A stretch of DNA of 64,000 nucleotides, taken from the NCBI GenBank assembly GCA_963677895.2, contig CAXXGJ010000021.1:32001-96000 (forward strand). Reading direction: 5' to 3'. This DNA is from Treponemataceae bacterium (GTDB lineage Bacteria > Spirochaetota > Spirochaetia > Treponematales > Rectinemataceae). The notes under the pieces are model-generated. The model ran no database searches. It saw only the letters and a program-made list of their open reading frames with translations, and was not told the origin of the DNA. Shown here one piece after another: positions 62,985 to 64,000 of this stretch (within the stretch, counting starts at the first letter, position 1; every line of letters starts with the position of its first letter). Position numbers and translations under genes: made by a program.

Positions 62985-63797
62985 ATGAAGAAATCGATAC
63001 TGCTGATTCTCGCGCTCGCACTCGTCGCGGGAACGGCTTTCGCCCAGGTCAATCTTTCCAAGGTCAAAGACGGCGTCTATTTCGCCCAGAGCAAGGAATT
63101 TTCCAGTTCCGGCTGGAAGGAACAAGTCATCCTCGAAGTGGCCAACGGCAAAATCGTGGAAGCCACGTGGAATGGCGTTTCCAATATCGCTGGCGCCGCG
63201 GACAAGGTGGCGTATGCCGCCGCCGGCAAGTACGGAATGATCAAGGCATCCAAGATCAAGGCCGAATGGAATGTTCAGGCTAAAACGGTCTCCGACTACC
63301 TTGTCAAGACCCAGGATGTCAACCTCAAGGCCAACACGAGCGGCAAGACCGACGCCATCTCCGGCGCCACCATGACCGTTTCCGAGTTCTTCGCTCTCGC
63401 CCAGCAGGCTCTCGCCTCCAGTCCCGTCGCCAAGGGTTCCTACAAGGACGGCTGGTATTACGCCGAAGAAGCCGCCTTCAAGTCGGGCTGGAAGATCAGC
63501 GCCCTCGTCACCGTGGCGAACGGTTCCATCGTCGATGTCGTCCTCAATGGCCTTCCCCAGACCGCCGGCGCCAAGTCCAAGCTCGTGCAGAGCGTGGCCG
63601 GCACCTACAAGATGAACGCCAAGAACGGCGAGTACCATGTGCAGGCCGCCCGCGTAGAGGAAGCCATCATCAAGGCAGGCGATCCTTCCAAGATCGCGAT
63701 CGACGCCAAAGGCAAGGCCGACGCCATCTCCGGCGTTTCAATCTCCGTCAAGACCGAGATCGCCCTCGTCCTCGAGGCGCTTAAAGCGGCGAAGTAA
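62985..63797 (+). CDS. Exported tandem FMN-binding-domain protein
   Basis: Signal peptide (AFA-Q); two repeats KDG.Y.A...F..GWK....V.NG.IV; flavinylation-type motifs DAISGAT and DAISGVS. Confidence 0.85.
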   Translation: MKKSILLILALALVAGTAFAQVNLSKVKDGVYFAQSKEFSSSGWKEQVILEVANGKIVEATWNGVSNIAGAADKVAYAAAGKYGMIKASKIKAEWNVQAKTVSDYLVKTQDVNLKANTSGKTDAISGATMTVSEFFALAQQALASSPVAKGSYKDGWYYAEEAAFKSGWKISALVTVANGSIVDVVLNGLPQTAGAKSKLVQSVAGTYKMNAKNGEYHVQAARVEEAIIKAGDPSKIAIDAKGKADAISGVSISVKTEIALVLEALKAAK

Positions 63798-63816
63798 TCA
63801 ATTTTCACCGTTCAAG

Positions 63817-63847
63817 AAAAGCGGCCGGAAACGGCCGCTTTTTTTTG
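63817..63847 (+). terminator. Intrinsic terminator
   Basis: aaaagcggccg-gaaa-cggccgc-ttttttttt. Confidence 0.9.
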
Positions 63848-63925
63848 CCCTTTTCGGTTGACGAAGCGGCTCGCGAAAGGCGATCATCTTTCCAGACGTC
63901 TTTCTTTCTTTGAGGAATAAATAGT

Positions 63926-64000
63926 ATGGCTGATAAAAACGATCCGGAGGCTCCCGGCATGGCCGATGGTCCCGCGTACGTGGCGCCGAGCGCTTCCATA
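63926..64000 (+). CDS. Start of a CDS truncated by the window end, possibly a gamma-carbonic-anhydrase/hexapeptide-repeat protein
   Basis: gagga SD, then MADKNDPEAPGMADGPAYVAPSASI...; YVAPSA.I resembles the start of a left-handed beta-helix. Confidence 0.45.
   Translation, partial: MADKNDPEAPGMADGPAYVAPSASI

Overview
GC-rich bacterial chromosomal DNA, most likely from a free-living spirochaete (Treponema/Rectinema-like; inferred from short ThrRS, PPi-PFK, lolA-rodZ-rimO, a GerMN protein, a large ankyrin lipoprotein and a tandem FMN-binding protein). It holds about 50 mostly housekeeping genes: an Ami-type oligopeptide ABC operon, malic enzyme, a LacI-linked ugp-like glycerophosphodiester locus, thrS, clpS-clpA-aat, nlpD-like and rpoS-like genes, pfp, lolA, rodZ, rimO, uvrD, glgA, fadD, wecA, gcvT-H-PA-PB, an ornithine/lysine decarboxylase and an FMN-binding protein. 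Several genes are split by single-base indels that look like long-read errors. I saw no rRNA, tRNA, CRISPR array, transposase or integrase. The most notable signals are: (1) a Thr(ACC) T-box riboswitch upstream of thrS, with inserted helices and a terminator-like hairpin lacking a U-tract; (2) a ~4.2 kb low-GC patch whose edges fall inside oppC and oppA, suggesting an allele swap; (3) a sigma-54-type -24/-12 element upstream of an RpoS-like sigma factor, as in the Borrelia RpoN-RpoS cascade; (4) a protein next to glgA resembling the cyanobacterial/chloroplast At5g03900 family; (5) an ACG where the gcvT start codon is expected; (6) several apparently leaderless genes. All family assignments come from motif recognition by eye, not from database searches.
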